64,000 bases of DNA, from contig NC_086108.1 in NCBI RefSeq assembly GCF_963921235.1, positions 64,110,001 through 64,174,000 of the forward strand. The letters are read 5' to 3'. Below the pieces are notes generated by a model. It saw only the letters and a program-made list of their open reading frames with translations, searched no databases and was not told the DNA's origin. This document shows, one piece after another, positions 62,201 to 64,000 of this stretch. Positions within the stretch are counted from its first letter, which is position 1; each line of letters starts with the position of its first letter. Source of the stretch: Mobula hypostoma. Taxonomy: Eukaryota. The translations under genes and the position numbers were made by a program.

Positions 62201-64000
62201 TCTTCAGCTGCTCATCAGCTTGGCTATTTTGGCTCTTTTTCCAACAGTCCCTTCAATCTTTCGTGAAAAGCAGAATGTGTTTATATAAGCTGCATGAAGT
62301 CAAAATAAGAAAGAATAAAATACATGTAGGGATTCAGAATTTCAATAAACACTCCAACATAAGATTCATATTAAACTTTTGCTTCAAGGAAACTTCTCCG
62401 TTAAATTTTTACAGAACCTCTAGCAGTGATTATTTGAAGCCAGTTCCTTAAAGCTGTGCTAAATGGTTCTCTATTGGACTTAAATTTGGTTTTGCATTGC
62501 AACCAGCAACGTCCCACATGATTTGGATCTATTCACTGGGCACTCATCTGTTGCAGCAGATGCTTTAGTTAAAGTGATAGTCAAAGAAGTTAAAATTAGG
62601 ACAGTTAATTTCAAAAGATAAATTATTAAATGCATTGGATTTGGGACCAGACTTGACTGGAGGATTAGAAATGGTCTGATTGGGTCAGAAAGGATAAGAA
62701 GCCCCTAAAGCAGATTTTGAGGTGATGATCACTGTGCTATCTGTCAGTATTGAAGTTGAGATTGTATAGACTCATTCATGAGTTACAGGACAACTGAAGA
62801 TTATGGCAAGATTTACAATAAACTGTCCTGACTCTCTGCGGATCTCCTGGAATACTAACTCTACTAAAATTCCAATTTCTTTCCCCATTTCAAATATTAA
62901 ACTGCTATATATTTGTATATATGAGCCCAAGAGGTACATCTATAGTCCAGACCATAATTTCTTCCCTCGTTCGTTACTGAAATACATTTTGGAGCAAAGT
63001 TATTGGAACTTGATGACAGATGTCAAGTAAATCTTGGAAATTAGATCCTTGAAACTTCTTGCTTCGAAATGTTGTAGAGATTTACCTCTGTGTACAATTG
63101 TATACACAGGCTTAATCATGAGACTACCTTTTGTAAGAATTATGGGAAACTCTGTGAAGAGTTATGAAAAGATTCTTTGTAAGTAATGAGGAAGTGAAAG
63201 ACTAACTTGGGTAGAATCGATCTTCCATAAATCCTACTCCCAAAGGAATATCTCTAAAAAATCATATTCATTCACAGCAGCAACTAAAGGACATTTGTCA
63301 TATATTGCTTTGAAATAAAACAATGAATACAATGGAATTCTTACATGCAGTGGAAAAGCTGAAGGCTGATAAACTGAAGCAGAAATGATTTACTTACTGA
63401 AATGATTGATGTACAATGTCTGAATGAAGTAACAGTACTCTTTCATAGGAAACATTTCTTTCTTTTTGACTGGGACCAATAAGATGAAATCCAATGCACT
63501 GACAAATGATGTTAAAAATGAAGGTCACAAAAATATTACTTACTCTTGCAAAACTTTACGTTTGAACAGATATTATTGTTCTAGTTAAATTTCCCATGAA
63601 TCTTCACCGGACTACTAACTCGTAAAGGACTGCATGACTACATGCACCTGCTCAAGCAGGTAGATGTATTCTGCAGGCTGAGGTTAAAAGGAAAATAATT
63701 CTTCATAGGATAGTGAAATGAATGTTCTAACCTGCCATTATTTAATATCCATATTGCTGTATTTTCCAGTAAAAGGCCTTGATTAGAAATAGTGATTTGG
63801 AATTGAAGTAATGGTATTTACTTAACCCTATGGGTTAACACGAGCTGACCCAGAATTTCTCCACGACTTACACAAATCAAGAAACACACAGCTTATTTTT
63901 CAAATTGTCCTCTTTCCACCACCTATTGAGTACTTTTAATATTGGACTAAAGCAGAAAGTGAAGTGATTGCAGTTGTTAAACCTGAGCGGAAGTAATCAG

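Overview
This 64 kb window is AT-rich, repeat-dense vertebrate genomic DNA. A cartilaginous fish is my inference from the CR1, V-SINE, Deu-SINE and Penelope mix. It looks intronic or intergenic: I could not support any host protein-coding exon, RNA gene or CRISPR array. The recognisable ORFs are transposon remnants. Contents: many CR1 LINEs (one young with an open RT C-terminus, one full length), Rex1/Babar, RTE and L2 remnants, and Penelope-like fragments carrying a minimal hammerhead-ribozyme motif. There are also two decayed Gypsy elements (one with a PNMA-like gag), a solo LTR, and Tigger, Tc1, mariner-foldback and Chapaev3-like DNA transposons, nested up to three levels deep. The best leads are an apparently intact Penelope hammerhead at 3385-3422, recurrent Penelope foldback or inverted insertions, a Chapaev3-like element with an apparent 5-bp TSD, and a gag-only PNMA-type LTR element. 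All family calls are by-eye motif recognition with no database search, and boundaries without a stated TSD are approximate.
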